Positions 1-13,277 of a stretch of DNA of 64,000 nt are shown one piece after another. The notes beneath the pieces are model-generated. The model saw only the letters and a program-made list of their open reading frames with translations. It made no database searches and was not told the origin of the DNA. The DNA lies in assembly GCA_951406725.2 (NCBI GenBank), contig OX597837.1, forward strand, positions 16,616,001 to 16,680,000, written 5' to 3'. This DNA is from Octopus vulgaris (Eukaryota). Each line of letters starts with the position of its first letter. Within the stretch, counting starts at the first letter, position 1. A program made the translations under genes and the position numbers.

Positions 1-51
1 GTTTAACCTCACGATCGGATATTCAGTCCGACTATTTCTATGTCCTCGCAC

Positions 52-142
52 ATGCATGCATGCATGCATGCATGCATACATACATACATACATACATACA
101 TACATACATACATACATACATACATACATACATACATACATA
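52..142. repeat. (ATGC)n/(ATAC)n compound microsatellite
   Basis: Directly visible tetranucleotide runs. Confidence 0.95.
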
Positions 143-867
143 GTCCTTTCTAAGTAAAACCAAGCTCTTTTCCTTTATTTTCCTTGCCCTGTGAAAATAT
201 ATTTAAATATATTTAAAGCAAAAAAGATAAAAGAAACACTGCAAGTGAGAAATGTCAAAAGTCTCAGCGAAGCAACCAATTTTCAAATAAACACATAAAT
301 ACATATTTGAGGAAAAATTTATGGGACACTTGGTGTTTTTTTCTTGGTTGCCCTGTAGTTTAGCAGCACAAATCTTCTTCTTTCACATGCAAGAATAAAT
401 CAGTTTTAAGCTAGTTACTTATATGCCTGTATGTGTGCGTGCATTTGTGAAATGTACACATACATGCCATGCCACTTAAGGGAGGATTACATATCCTGTC
501 ATTGTGTGAGATGATGAAAAAATGGTTTTAAGAAACCTATTGTGTTCAGTTTGACATGAATCCCCAGCCACTGCCCCCACACACCACCACCACCACCACC
601 ACCCACCACCACTGCCATCACTACTCTTCTATGGTTGCTCAATGTTGCTGCTCATTTCTTATTTGCCCAGAAGGGGGTTTATAACAGTTAGGTGATCTAT
701 TCCTTTCCCTTGTTTTCATTGTTTATTACTGTACCTACTCTACTCACTACCTCCACACTAACCTATGACTCCTTTCTCTTTTTTCTTCAATAACTACTTC
801 ACACATACTCATACAGTCCCTCTCTTTCCTCTCTCTCCCTCTCTCTTGCTTTAGGTGTGTATGTATG

Positions 868-943
<76 letters not shown>

Positions 944-947
<4 letters not shown>

Positions 948-2198
948 GTTGTCAAGAAAGTTCTTGCAGGTTTTTAACCTTTAAATTCAGATGCATATAT
1001 CTTGGATCAAACAAAACTTTATTAATCGAAATAAACACCATCAGAATCAACACACTTTTGCCAATGCAAAACAAGTTTATTTATGCCAGTAGCATAAGAA
1101 TCCTGCGTTCTGGCAGTGATGAAGTAGTTGAAGGTGTGTTTAGCATCGTCTTGGCTTTTGAAGCATTTCTCACGCAGGAAGTTGTCGAGATGCTTGAAAA
1201 AGTTGTAGACGGTAGGTGAGAGGTCTGGTGAGTATGGCAGATGAGGCAGAGTTTCATAGCCCACTTCATTCAACTTCTAGCTGGGTCAGTTCTGCGACGT
1301 GCGGCTGAGTGTTGTCGTGGAGAAGAATTGGTCCTTTTCTATTCACCAATGCTGGCTGTTGTTGTTGGAGTTTCTTTTGTATTTCATCCATTTGCTGACA
1401 GTACTTCACCGTAATGGTTTTGCCTGGATCCAAAAGCTGTGATGGATGAGACTGGTCGCAGACCACCAAACAGTCACCATGACCTTTTTTTGGTGCAACT
1501 TTGGCTTTGGGAAGTGCTGTAGAGCTTTGTCAGTGTCCAACCACTGAGCTGCATGTTAACAGTTGTTGTAAAGAATCTACTTTTCATCACAAGTCACAAT
1601 CTAGTCAAGAAAGGGTCATTCTTATTGTGTAAAAGAAGTGAAGACGACACTTCAAAACGGCATTTTTTTTGGTTCTTTTTCAATTCGTGTGGCACCCATT
1701 TCTCAAGTACTTTTGTTTTTCCAATCTCTTGGAAATTGTCGTATACATTATGTCTAATTCAGAAGCAAGCTCTCGAACAGTTGTGTGTGGATTGGCTTTG
1801 ACTAAGGCTCTTAGTTGATCGTTGTCAACATCCAATGGCCGACCACTATGCTTATCATCTTCAAGACTCTCGTCACCGCTATGACATTTCTTGAACCACC
1901 ATTGTGCTGTACTTTCATTAGTGGTTCCTGGGCTAAATGCATCATTGATATCGTGAGCTGTTTCAGCAGCTTTTCAGCCTAGCTTGAACTGGAATAAGAA
2001 AATTGTGTGAATTTGCTTTTTGTCCATGTTGAATTCAACGTTTCAGAAAAAATGGTTTAATTATTCAAAAAGAAGAAGAGTAACACGATTTGATAGAGCA
2101 AAAAATGGGCTTTAGAATGATATATAAAGTCAAAGTAATTTAACGAAAATTAATTTGAAAATACAATTTTAAAACTAAAATTAAAAATTCTGCAAGAA
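944..2198 (-). mobile_element. Mariner DNA transposon, Hsmar1-like (cecropia subfamily), decayed
   Basis: TA followed by TIR ttaggttgtcaagaaagttcttgcagg at 944; only a partial complementary TIR (aaaaattctgcaagaa) survives at 2183-2198; encloses a transposase relic. Confidence 0.9.
1022..2027 (-). pseudogene. Mariner transposase pseudogene
   Basis: Minus strand reads MDKKQIHTIFLFQFKLG..., WVPHEL (1681-1698), IVTCDEK, LLHDN, YSPDLSPT and a C-terminal WQKCVDSDGVYFD; contains stops and frameshifts. Confidence 0.92.
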
Positions 2199-2199
2199 T

Positions 2200-3300
2200 G
2201 TTGATTCCGGCATTAGGGATACTTGACTGATCTGTTGAAGAAATCAAATCCATAAAAATTAAAACCCACAAGATTCTAACTTCAACTGGAAATCTCCACA
2301 AAAATAGTGATATTGACGGACTCTATCTAAGAAGGGACAAAGGAGGTAGGGGCTTGAGGTCAGTGCAGCCTTTAAATGTCACATAGTCCCTCTCAGACTG
2401 TGCTGACTAAACAATAATGGTAAAAATAAATATATTATCTTAATGCTAAAAAGTGAAGGAAACAATATCCTGTGTGTTGGAAGTGAACTCCTCATGAAGT
2501 ACTCACTTCCTGATGATCTCTAATGCAACCCCAAATCAGCTGAACTAGCACACCTCAAAGAAGACACGGATGTGAAACACTCAACATACCACAAAGAGAT
2601 TATGCATGGCTATGTTTCTCCTTAACTTGAAGAAGATAGCAATATTAACATGAAGTGAAGCCTCTCTTGGAATTGAGACCATTACATCACATCACACTTT
2701 GAAGGCTATGCATTTGCAATCCATGAACAGGAGATTGCTTCAAAATGTCTATTCAACAAAAAACAATAAAGCACGTGGAGTTCCACGATGCAACAATAAA
2801 TATAAATTGTCATATTTTTATGGAAGACGTCACATGTGATTAGAAGTTGCCCAAAAATGCCATCAAAGTACTAACTCCCTATGCAACATGACATTGTTGC
2901 AGAAACAATATACAATGCTATTCATAAAAAAGACTGTCCTGGAATATAGAGAATCCTAATTATTGAACATGTATATAAATAGCAGCTCAAAGAATACTGG
3001 AAACATTCCCAACAAAACATCTGTCATATGTCAGCATAACAGGCTGGATATTGTTGTTTGAGACAGACAAGGAAAAGTATGTACCATCATAGAGGTCAGT
3101 TGTCCTGCTGATGTGAATATCTCTTTGAAAATCAAAGAGAAAGAAGATGACTATGGAGAACTGCTTTGAAACCTCCAGCTTCTCTATCCAGATTACAAGT
3201 TTACCTTTGTACCAATGATAATTGGTACACTTGGTTTTGTAAGTAAATAATTGTCAGTCTGGATAAGCTTGGATTTTAAGAAAAACAAATCAACCAGCTC
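2200..3300 (+). mobile_element. R4/Dong-like non-LTR retrotransposon 3' fragment (restriction-like endonuclease), decayed
   Basis: Reads SDIDGLYLRRDKGGRGL, FEGYAFAIHEQEI, HNRLDIVV*D, IEVSCPAD and FVPMIIGTLG with many stops. Confidence 0.75.
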
Positions 3301-3469
3301 CTTCTTCAGAGGAAGAATTTAAACGATTAAATACAGAAGAGACATACACATCATCATTTTAATGTCCAATTTTCCATACTTGAAGAGTCAGATGACATTT
3401 GTTGAGACATATTTTTCAATAATTGGATGCTCTTTCTGTTACCAGCCCTCATTTCAATTGTTGAACAAC

Positions 3470-3785
3470 AGCTATGCTGGGCAACTGCCTTAAACAGTTG
3501 TTTTCAATCAAACAGATCAACCTCAGCACTTGCTTTTAGGTCTGCTATAATTTCTGTTGGTCTCTTTTGCCAAACTGCTAATTTACAGAGATATAAACAA
3601 ACCAACACTGGTTGTCTAGGGAAGGTACAAACACACACGCGACAGGTTTCCACACAGTTTCCAACTACCAAATTCACTCGTAAGGCAATGGTTGGCCTGG
3701 GGCCCCAACTTGCCATACAGTGGGACTGAACTTGAGAGAAATTAGTTGCAAAGTGAGCTTCTTTACCACAAAGCCACACCTTCTG
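3470..3785 (-). mobile_element. tRNA/CORE-type SINE, diverged
   Basis: Reverse complement matches head, body and tail of the SINE at 7494-7880. Confidence 0.7.
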
Positions 3786-4363
3786 TCTATTCATAGATTT
3801 GTCTTATTCAGTCAGAGCTGCACCAGTACCAAACAACAACAACAACATCAACAACCAATCCAAATTGTACCTCAACAATAAATAACAAGAGGTTGGCTTA
3901 ATATGGTCACCAAATTTGCTAAAAATAACAGCCGAATTGCCTCACATCACACTGTTACCATTTTAGAAAAAAGGAAAAGACACTTTAGACAATGTAGTCT
4001 GAGGACAACCTCCCTAAGAAGACAGTATGGTCATGGCTGGAATGTCTTTGATCAGGGAAGTTGATCTCGATTGATGCAGTGGGTGGGGTGGATGTTAAAC
4101 ATCACCTCACTATCATCATCATCATCATCGTCATGATCAGCCCACAATCATGATACACCACCATCACCACCACCACCACTACTACTGCTACAACCACAGG
4201 CACTAACAACAACACTGCCACCACCATCACCACCACTTCCTCTACTCCTCCACCGCCACGACCATCGGGGGGGGGGGTCATCTGGCAGCCATAGCTTTTC
4301 AAGATTTATTTGCTAAAAAAAGATAGCAGGGCCTGGAGGGGTGTTACATCAGCATACTGATAA

Positions 4364-4402
<39 letters not shown>

Positions 4403-5149
4403 CACAATCACCACCATCGCCGCCGCCGCCACCACCACCACCAATGCAGCCACTACCTTCAGCAGTGCCACAACCTTAACAACAGTAACACCCACTACCA
4501 CTGCTGCTAACGCCATCACCACCACCATTACTTCTGTAAGCACCTGACACAATCACCTTCTCAAAAGCTAGCAATATGGGCAAGTACCCTGTTGGCTATC
4601 ACAGGTGGCGCTGTAATTGTTGACTGGTTTACTTAGCATTGTTTATTGTTGTTGTTGGTGTTATTTTTTGTTGTAGTTGTCGGAGAATTACTGCACAAAG
4701 ATTGAGGAATGAACCTTAGAAATTGCTGGTTAACATAAGGTGAGTGCCTCTGATACATGTTCCTTCATTGTTCTAATCTGACTTGTTGTGTTATATCATT
4801 GTACTACAGGTTGGCCCTGATTGGAATGTTCTTCTGATTTGTTGCTATGATACAGATGTTGTCTTACGCAGTTGTTAATTTGTTGCTGTGATACAAATGT
4901 TGTGTTACATCATTGTCCTGATGGAAATGTTATTCGACTTCATTGTTTAGGTGCAAGCATGGGTGGGTGGATGTAGTTAAGAAGCTTTCTTTGCGACCAT
5001 GTAATCTTGGGTTCAGTTCTACTGCATGACACCCAGAGCAAAAATCTTCTATAACCTCAAGCTTACCGAAGTTTTGTGAGTGGATTTGGTAGATGGAAAG
5101 TGTGTGGAAATCTGCCATAAGTGTGTACATACACACACACACACACACA

Positions 5150-5361
5150 CGAGGGGATGCTGAAAAGTTCTTGGCTTTAAGGGTTTTGGGTAAGGTCTAG
5201 TTAGAGGCCCAACCTTCCAAGTTCTTTTAAAGGGCTTTGGAAAACTGTACTGCTGTAATAGATGTGTGAACCTGAGAGAGGACTATGTTGAAAAAAATCA
5301 TTAGTTACTGATCTTCCTCTATTTTCTTTTACTCAAAGCTAGGAACTTCTCACTACCTCCT

Positions 5362-5363
<2 letters not shown>
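5150..5363. mobile_element. Mariner-derived MITE (truncated second copy near 41328-41500)
   Basis: Degenerate TIRs cgaggggatgctgaaaagttcttggcttt / aaagctaggaacttctcactacctccttg; internal CVNLREDYVE relic of a mariner C-terminus. Confidence 0.7.
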
Positions 5364-5412
<49 letters not shown>

Positions 5413-5686
5413 ATACATATATACACACATACATACATATGTGTGTGTATATATATATATATATACACATACATACATACAAACACAGTAGTGTTTGCAC
5501 CCCACTACTGCCTGACAACTGGTAATTAGCAGTACAGCAAAAAAGTACCAATAGAATATGTACTTAAAAAATTAGTTCTGGGGTCAGTTTGTTTGGCTAA
5601 AACCCTTCAAGATGGTACACTAGCATGGCCATAGTCCAAATACTTAAACAAATGAAAGACTAAAAGAATGTGTGTATGTGTGCGTA

Positions 5687-5719
<33 letters not shown>

Positions 5720-6225
5720 ATGTGTGTATGCATATAGATGCATGTGAGTATAAGTTTGTGTCTCCTTGCCTTGACATCATAAGATAGTTATAAACGAATG
5801 CCATCATCATAGGAGTGATGTCATTCACTTTCAGTCTTTCATTAAAACATGTCTGGTCATAGGAAAATATTACCTTATTTGGAAACAAGTGAGGTTTGAC
5901 CCCAGCAAAAGTTGTAAAAACAAAGTCTGCTCCACAAATTCCATTTGACTGATGCAAGGACTGAAACTGGATGTTTTATATATGCCTTTTGTCTCATCAA
6001 CCTATAGGCCAACCTAAAAAGAGATGTTAAGCAATGTTAATGATGTTTCAATGTCTACTTTGGTATGGTTTCTATAGCTTGATGCTGTTCTTAATGCCAA
6101 CTGTTTTACAAAGTACACAGAATGCCTTTTTTATGGCAGCACCATGAGTGAGGTTCCTGGGTACTTGTAAGACAAGATTCCCTCAAATGAGTGTTGAAAG
6201 AGATGAAAATATGACAGAGAGATTG

Positions 6226-6274
<49 letters not shown>

Positions 6275-6433
6275 AATATATAGTGACATATATAGAGAGG
6301 AATATAGAGATACATGTATATATATAGAGATATATATATATAGAGAGAGAGAGGTCTGGTGCTTTAACTTTCCACAAAATGTTATGAAGAATAGTCTGTC
6401 ATATCACAGGGCAATTATATTTATGGGTGTGTG

Positions 6434-6469
<36 letters not shown>

Positions 6470-6496
6470 GCATGTATATATATATATATATATATA

Positions 6497-6710
6497 CCAT
6501 CATCATTATCCTTTAACGTCCGTTTTCCGTGCTAGCATGGGTTGGATTGTTTGACCGGGGTCTAGGAAGCCAGAAGGCTGCACCAGGCTCCAGTCTGATC
6601 TGGCAGTGTTTCTACAGCTAGATACCCTTGTTAACACTTATCACTCCGTGAGTGTAGTGGGACTTTTTACATGCCTCTAGCACAGGGGCCAGAGGCCACT
6701 GGCAATGATA
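6497..6710 (-). mobile_element. RTE LINE 3' end fragment
   Basis: Same terminal sequence and (GAT)n tail as the longer RTE copies. Confidence 0.8.
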
Positions 6711-6915
6711 TATATTTATATATAGTTTGAAGAGAGGTTACATGTCAGTGGCCATTGGACTTTGATGAATTGTCTATAAGCCTGGGCGTTTTATGGCTGT
6801 GAAACCATTGGTTACTCTATGATTGGCCTTATATTTGACCTCCTGTAAATACATTACTGTTTAAACTATTTGTGTGTGCTTTTCTTTTGAATATATGATC
6901 CACTGACGATATATA

Positions 6916-7482
6916 CACTACCGTCAGAAATTAATTAGCACCCTTGATTTGCTCACCATGAAGCATGGTAGGGGTGGTCTGATGGTGTGAGGGGCGTTCA
7001 GCTACAGTGGTGTTGGGTGGCTCTATGCCGTCGAAGGCAACATCAACGCAGCAAAGTATGTTGAGATAGTACGGGATACCTCTTTGGTGGCGAGGAGTAC
7101 GTGCTGGCCAGTCACCTGACCTGAACCCTATTGAGAACCTCTGGAGTCGATTGGGTAGGGATTTGAATGTGCAGCAATACAGGAACCGACACGAGCTGTT
7201 TGGGGCACTTCTTGCTGCATGAGAGGCCATCCCTGCACAGTACCTGCAGGCACTCATAGACAGCATGCCGACCCGCGTAGCAGCTGTCATTGCTGCCAAA
7301 GGAGGAGCAACAAGATATTGACTAAATTTCATGATTAATAACAATTGTGTGGCGTGCTGGGATATGTTTTAATAACTTTTTGATTAAAAACGAGTTCATT
7401 TCTGATAATAAGTTAATTAAATTAAGAAAATGTAAGAAAATGTAGAAATTTGAGAAGTGCTAATTAATTTCCGACGCAAGTG
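6916..7482 (+). mobile_element. Tc1-family non-autonomous deletion derivative
   Basis: TA-flanked 26-bp TIRs (cactaccgtcagaaattaattagcac / gtgctaattaatttccgacgcaagtg); internal KHGRGGLMV*GAF, QSPDLNPIENLW and SMPTRVAAVIAAKGGATRY*. Confidence 0.92.
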
Positions 7483-7493
7483 TATATATATAT

Positions 7494-7880
7494 AGGCGTA
7501 GGAATGGCTGTGTGGTAAGTAGCTTGTGTAGAACTACATGGTTCTGGGTCCAGTGCCACGCAGTGGCACTGTGGGCAAATGTCTTCTACTATAGCTTTGG
7601 GCCAACCAAAGCCTTGTGAATGGATTTGGTAGATGGAAACTGTAAGAAGCCCGTTGTATATATGTATATGTTTGTGTGTCTGTGTTTGTCCCTCTAACAT
7701 CGCTTGACAACCGATGCTGGTGTGTTTACATCCCCATAAATTAGCGGTTTGGAAAAAGAAACCGATATAATAAGTACTAGGCTTACAAAGAATAAGTCCT
7801 GGGGTTGATTTGCACTACTAAAGGCAGTGCTCCAGCATGGCCACAGTCAAATGACTGAAACAAGTAAAAGAGGAAAAGAG
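7494..7880 (+). mobile_element. Full-length tRNA-derived CORE-type SINE (octopus OR-like)
   Basis: A-box-like tggctgtgtggtaag, B-box-like gggtccagtgcc, CORE-like tgggcaaatgtctt, internal (TA/TG)n and tail cagcatggccacagtcaaatgactgaaacaagtaaaag. Confidence 0.85.
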
Positions 7881-8112
7881 TAATACAAAACAATTTGTTG
7901 TTAAAAGTCACATAAAAGAATTGCTGAAAACAATCTCAGTATTGAAAACTTGGAAAGCCAAAATTGGGGATCCAGAATATTTTTAATTTACTCACAGAGT
8001 CAGCCAGATTCCAAAATAGTTGGGCTACGGCGTCTAGGAGAAAAGTTGAAAAAGTGTGACACTGATACACTGACATTCACATTTATCATATCATATATTA
8101 TCATATTATATT

Positions 8113-8280
8113 AAGGTGGTGAACTGGCAGAATCATTAGCACACCGAGTGAAATGTTTAGCAGTGATTCGGCCAAGGCCAACTTTGCCTTTCATCCTTTC
8201 AAGTTTGATAAAATTAGTACCAGTTATGTACTTAATCCCTTCCCCTAAAATTTGAGGCCTTGTGCTTCCAGTAGAAAGAA
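8113..8280 (+). mobile_element. Second SINE family (ggcggcgagctggcagaa head), internally deleted
   Basis: Head ggtggtgaactggcagaatcattagcac and central actttgcctttcatcc; related minus-strand copies near 34530-34720, 37275-37385 and 55730-56130. Confidence 0.65.
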
Positions 8281-8376
8281 TTTATTCAAGTTGAAAAAGT
8301 GTGACACACTGACATTCACATTTGCTATATTAGACATGTTTATTTTTGAAGAAACTATATTTCAATTAAAGTATAT

Positions 8377-8421
<45 letters not shown>

Positions 8422-8444
8422 ATGTGTGTGCGTGTGTGTGTGTG

Positions 8445-8482
<38 letters not shown>

Positions 8483-8497
8483 TGTGTGTATGTATAT

Positions 8498-9667
8498 ATC
8501 ATCATCATCGTTTAACGTCCGTTTTCCATGCTGGTATGGGTTGGACGGTTCGACCAGGGTCTGGGAAGCCAGGAGGCTGCACCAGGCTCCAGTCTGATCT
8601 GGCAGTGTTTCTACAGCTAGATGCCCCTGTTAACGTCAACCACTCCATGAGTGTAGTGTGTACTTTTTATGTGCCACTGGCACAGGTGCCAGGGGAGGCT
8701 GGCAACAGCCACGATTAGTAGGTGCTTTTTATGTGCCACCAGCAATTTCCATTTGATTTTTATTTTGATGTTGATGTACTTGACTCAATAGGTCTCCTCA
8801 AGCACAGCAGGTCACTCTACAATCAAAGGTAAGCGCAGCAGGCCATCTTGCGATCAAAGGTACTTTGGATGGGCTGGGCCTGCTATGTGAAGCTGGTGCA
8901 GGAAACACCCATGAACTCACGTTATTTGTTGGGTCTTCACAGTTACAGCATACCTCCAGTGGTCTTAGTCTTTCGTCATTGCCTCTGTGAGGCCCAACAT
9001 TCGAAGGTCATGCTTAACCACCTCATCCCATGTCTTCCTGGGTCTACTTCCACCCCAGATTCCTGCAACTGTTTGGGAGTGGCACTTCTTCACACATCTT
9101 TCCTCATCCATCCACAGTACATGACCATACTACCGTAAAGGTCTCTCTTGCATGCCATATCCAATGCTTCTTATGTCCAGCATTTCTCTCAGGGCATTTA
9201 CACTCTGTTGTGTGTGCACACTAACATTACACATCTAGCGGATCATGCTAGCTTCATTTCTTTCTAGCCTATGCATGTCCTCTGCAGTCAATGCCCATGT
9301 TTCACTGCCATGAAGCATGGCAGTTCACACACATGCGTCGTACAATCTACCTTTCACTCTGAGCGAGAGACACTTTGTCACCAGTAGGGGTAGAAGCTTT
9401 CTAAAATTTGTCCAGGCTATTCTTATTCTAGTGGTAACACTCTCTGAGCATCCACCCCCGCTACTAACTTGGTCACCTAGGTAGCGGAAGCTATCATCTA
9501 CTTCTAGTTTCTACCTCTGGAGTGTGATGGAATCTGTTTTCTGAGTATTTGTGGTGTCTGTTGCCCCTATGCACCTGCCGCACATGAAAGCTATTTCTTG
9601 GTTAATTTTCCTTTGATGTTGCTGCACCTCTTATGTGTACATAGCTTACACTGGGTACATCTTATGG
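8498..9667 (-). mobile_element. RTE-clade LINE, 5'-truncated (PHD-containing family)
   Basis: Minus strand encodes part of the Cys/His finger, FRYLGD and LRVKGRLYDACV..MLHGSETW, then the 3' UTR and (GAT)n tail. Confidence 0.88.
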
Positions 9668-9755
<88 letters not shown>

Positions 9756-9791
9756 TCATCATATATATATTATATGTATATAATATATATA

Positions 9792-11363
9792 TCTCTTATT
9801 ATAAAAGGCAGATTTTATAGAAATCTACAATATAGGATTTCTTCAATTACAATTTACCTAGCATTTTTAAGAGTAGAATGCATCGGGTCGTGCCAGGTAC
9901 AGTTTTTCAAATTTCATCCCCAATTAAGCAAAATTTCGATAAAACTCACTTTGTGGTGTGTAAGTGAAGTGCTTTTCTTAGTGTGGGCTACAGCACACAC
10001 ACACACAAATGGAGCGAACTGCTTCACTCATGCTATCACCCTAATTTTTCCTCCTTTCTCTTTGCAAGTGTGCAACGATTAAAGTGAAAGTATTTATATA
10101 AAACGGATGAACTGCTTCACTCATACTTTCTCTTTGCAAGTGTACCTTAAACCACTACTCAAAAAAAAAACACAGCAAACAGAAACAAATAAATACATAA
10201 CGATTTACTCCTCACACAATTTCTTCAATTAGAGTTTACCTATGATTTTTCAAAGTACTTCCATTCAGTCATGGCATACAAAATTTCTTTCAATTTCACC
10301 CCATTTCAGAAAAAATTTAAGAAAACTAAATATTTTACCATTTCACTTCAAAGCCTTTACTCTGCATATTACTCCCACTTCCTCTTTACACACATACACA
10401 CGCAAATATATAAATAAAATTGTAAACTAACGTGTGTGCGTGTGTGTGCGTGTGTGTGAGTGTGTGTGTGTGTGTGTGTGTGCGCGTGTGTGTGTGTGTG
10501 TGAGGGTGCGTACTGGTTTTCAGTTCATATTAATCAAATTAATATTCACAAGAAGGACTATTCATTATAATACATCAGTTCCACACATTTACCCTGGTTC
10601 CATTTCATTTGCCATTTCACACATGTATGTAAACAAATTCATTTCTTAAAAATTTCAATTCATTTTCTTTTTCAATTCATACAAAGTTTTTAGGACGAAT
10701 ATAAGATCTAAAGTATATCCAAGTAGCAGAAAGATCGCCCAAAAGTGTATATAGATATTTAAATGTATTTATATATTCATCTATACACAGATGTATGTAT
10801 AATGTGTGTGTATATATTTCCATAGAGGTAACCATTCACTCCATACAAAGTTATTTAGGACGAATATAAGATCTAAAGTATATCCAAGTAGCAGAAAGAT
10901 CGCCCAAAAGTGTATATAGATATTTAAATGTATTTATATATTCATCTATACACAGATGTATGTATAATGTGTGTGTATATATTTCCATAGACGAAACCAT
11001 TCACTCCGCACAAAGTTTTTTAGGACGAAAATAAGATCTAAAGTTATCTCTAAGTAGCAGAAAGATCGCCCAAAAGTGTATATAGATATATAAATGTATT
11101 TATATATTCATCTATGCACACATGTATGTATAATGTGTGTGTATATATTTCCATAGAGGTAACCATTCACTCCATACAAAGTTTTTTAAGACGAAAATAA
11201 GATCTAAAGTTATCTCTAAGAAACAGAAAGATCGCCCAAAAGTGTATATAGATATTTAAATGTATTTATATATTCATCTATACACACATGTATGTATAAT
11301 GTGCGTGTATATATTTCCATAGAGGTAACCATTCAATCCATACAAAGTTTTTTAGGACGAAAA
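9792..11363 (+). mobile_element. Putative non-autonomous Helitron-like element carrying an internal tandem array
   Basis: Starts a|tctcttattataaaa, similar to the 5' end of the adjacent Helitron; no 3' CTAG end was identified. Confidence 0.4.
10678..11363. repeat. Tandem repeat of about 165 bp, four copies plus a partial fifth
   Basis: Unit catacaaagtt..ggacgaa..agatctaaag..gaaagatcgcccaaaagtg restarts at about 10678, 10842, 11007, 11173 and 11339. Confidence 0.93.
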
Positions 11364-12210
11364 TCTTTATATATAAAAGAAAGGTTGTGTGTCTGTCTAC
11401 TCCGATTTAGATTCCTAACTACTCCCACATTTTGCGATGCAGTTTAACCAAAACCGGGTATCTTATAGTCGTGATTCATATCGAGCCCTTCTGGGTATTA
11501 GCGAGCGTCTACGATGAGTCTACGATTTTACAAATAATTTACCATTATTTTTTTCCATTTTAATGCATATTTTTTTTAATAAAGGGAAGTAACTCTCAAA
11601 CTTCACACCAATATGCGTGCTCATATGCGACGTAATATCACATCAGCAGCATTTCCTCACACCCTCCTTGCACTTGGCGAAGGCAAAATACCAGGGGATG
11701 AAAATGGTAATATTGCCATCGATTCCATATGTACCATTGTTAAGACGCCTTCTGATCTCAGAGATGCAGTGTTCCCAGATCTACAAGCTAATTATCAGAA
11801 TATGGATTGGATTGGCAAAAAGGCTATACTGGCCCCGACGAATAAAACTGTTCACCATATTAATGATGAAATGCTAAAACTCATTCCTGGGGAAGTCTAT
11901 GTATATCAGTCTATTGATACAACTCCTGACCCAGAGGACGTCATCAACTATCCAATAGAGGTACTCAATTCCTTTGAGCACCCCGGACTACCACCACACT
12001 TTCTCAAACTTAAAGTTGGTACCCCTATAATGCACATCAGAAATTTGGTTCCCCCAAAACAATGCAATGGCACACGTTTGATCGTTAAGTCCTTATCTCC
12101 CACAGTAAAATTATATCAATATTTGCCTGAATAATCATCATAATTCAGTGCAATCATTAACAGTACTTTCAAGCAATTCAGCCCCGAGCAACGCTGGGCA
12201 ATTCTGCTAG
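11364..12210 (+). mobile_element. Non-autonomous Helitron with PIF1-helicase fragment
   Basis: 5' TC after A (a|tctttatatataaaa), subterminal GC hairpin gccccgagcaacgctgggc and CTAG|T end; no TSD. Confidence 0.88.
11613..12134 (+). pseudogene. Helitron RepHel PIF1-like helicase fragment
   Basis: LLALGEG, ILAPTN, LNSFEHPGLPPHFLKLKVGTPIM.IRNL..KQCNGTRL motifs. Confidence 0.9.
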
Positions 12211-12539
12211 TAATATACATATATATATTATATATTATATAATATATATAACATATATGTACATTGTATATTATATATTATATATATATACATATATATA
12301 TTATACATATATATATTATACATATATATATATTAGAGTCAAAACTATTGAAAAGGTTGCAAGATGCAACGAAAATTTTAGGACAATAACAATAAGAAAA
12401 AAGTGGAAATTTTACCGGTGAGTGTGGTAAATAATAAGGCACAAAAAGAAAATGTCTCTCCCCAGACATAACAGAATATGCTTCAACACACGAATTCATA
12501 TAAAGAATCTTGAAAACTAAATCCCAAAACGAAAATATA

Positions 12540-12902
12540 TATATATATATTTAAACGGCAAAATGTCTGTGTGTATGTCCTTTATATAAATCGACAATTT
12601 TTCAGTTAGAGAGCTCACACTTTCTATGGTCATTTAAAACCATCCAAGGGTGGTCGTGCACATCTTTACATTTCTCCAGTCACTCTGCAAAGCCATTAAA
12701 GAATCAATAGAAGTGATTTTTGGTGAATTTTCTATCCAAAACCCAATCAAAATGCCTGAAACTTGATACGCCAATTAAATGCCAGCTAGCTGTATGTGAT
12801 TGGTCGGAGATTTGGACACTACTCGGGTGTATGTGCGCACGCACGCACCTGTATATGCATGCACTAGCACTATGACACTGCAACGCTGGGTCATAGTGCT
12901 AG
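12540..12902 (+). mobile_element. Short Helitron-like element
   Basis: Ends in a 14-bp-stem hairpin actagcactatgac...gtcatagtgCTAG|T with a gcaacgctggg loop like the 3' end at 12181-12210. Confidence 0.65.
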
Positions 12903-12950
<48 letters not shown>

Positions 12951-13277
12951 TATATATATTATTTATATATAGCAGCCACAGCAGGAAATGTATTAGGACA
13001 TGAAATGTAAAAGCCGGACTAGATTATTTTAAGCACAACTCCATTATCTTCCAAGACAAAAAGGATGCCAACAACAACATTTATATATATATATTATATA
13101 TATATATATTATATTATTTCTAAATATATTATATATATATATATTTTATATATGTATATATCATATATATATATATATATATCCATAAATATATACATAT
13201 TATATATATTGATAGGCGCAGGAGTGGCTGTGTGGTAAGTAGCTTGCTTACGAACCACATGTATATATGTATATACT

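Noticed and set aside
1022-2027. Domesticated SETMAR-like fusion gene
   Set aside because: Contains stops and frameshifts, has a TIR, and no SET-domain exons are nearby.
4677-4739. Exon-like 63-nt segment (tag acceptor, GTGAGT donor) on the + strand
   Set aside because: Stops in all three frames; it could be a 5' UTR exon of the 22711 gene but nothing else supports that.
7494-7570. tRNA genes
   Set aside because: The A/B-box-like motifs belong to SINE heads and I could not see a full cloverleaf.
11613-12134. Host PIF1 helicase gene
   Set aside because: It is a partial fragment bounded by Helitron termini.
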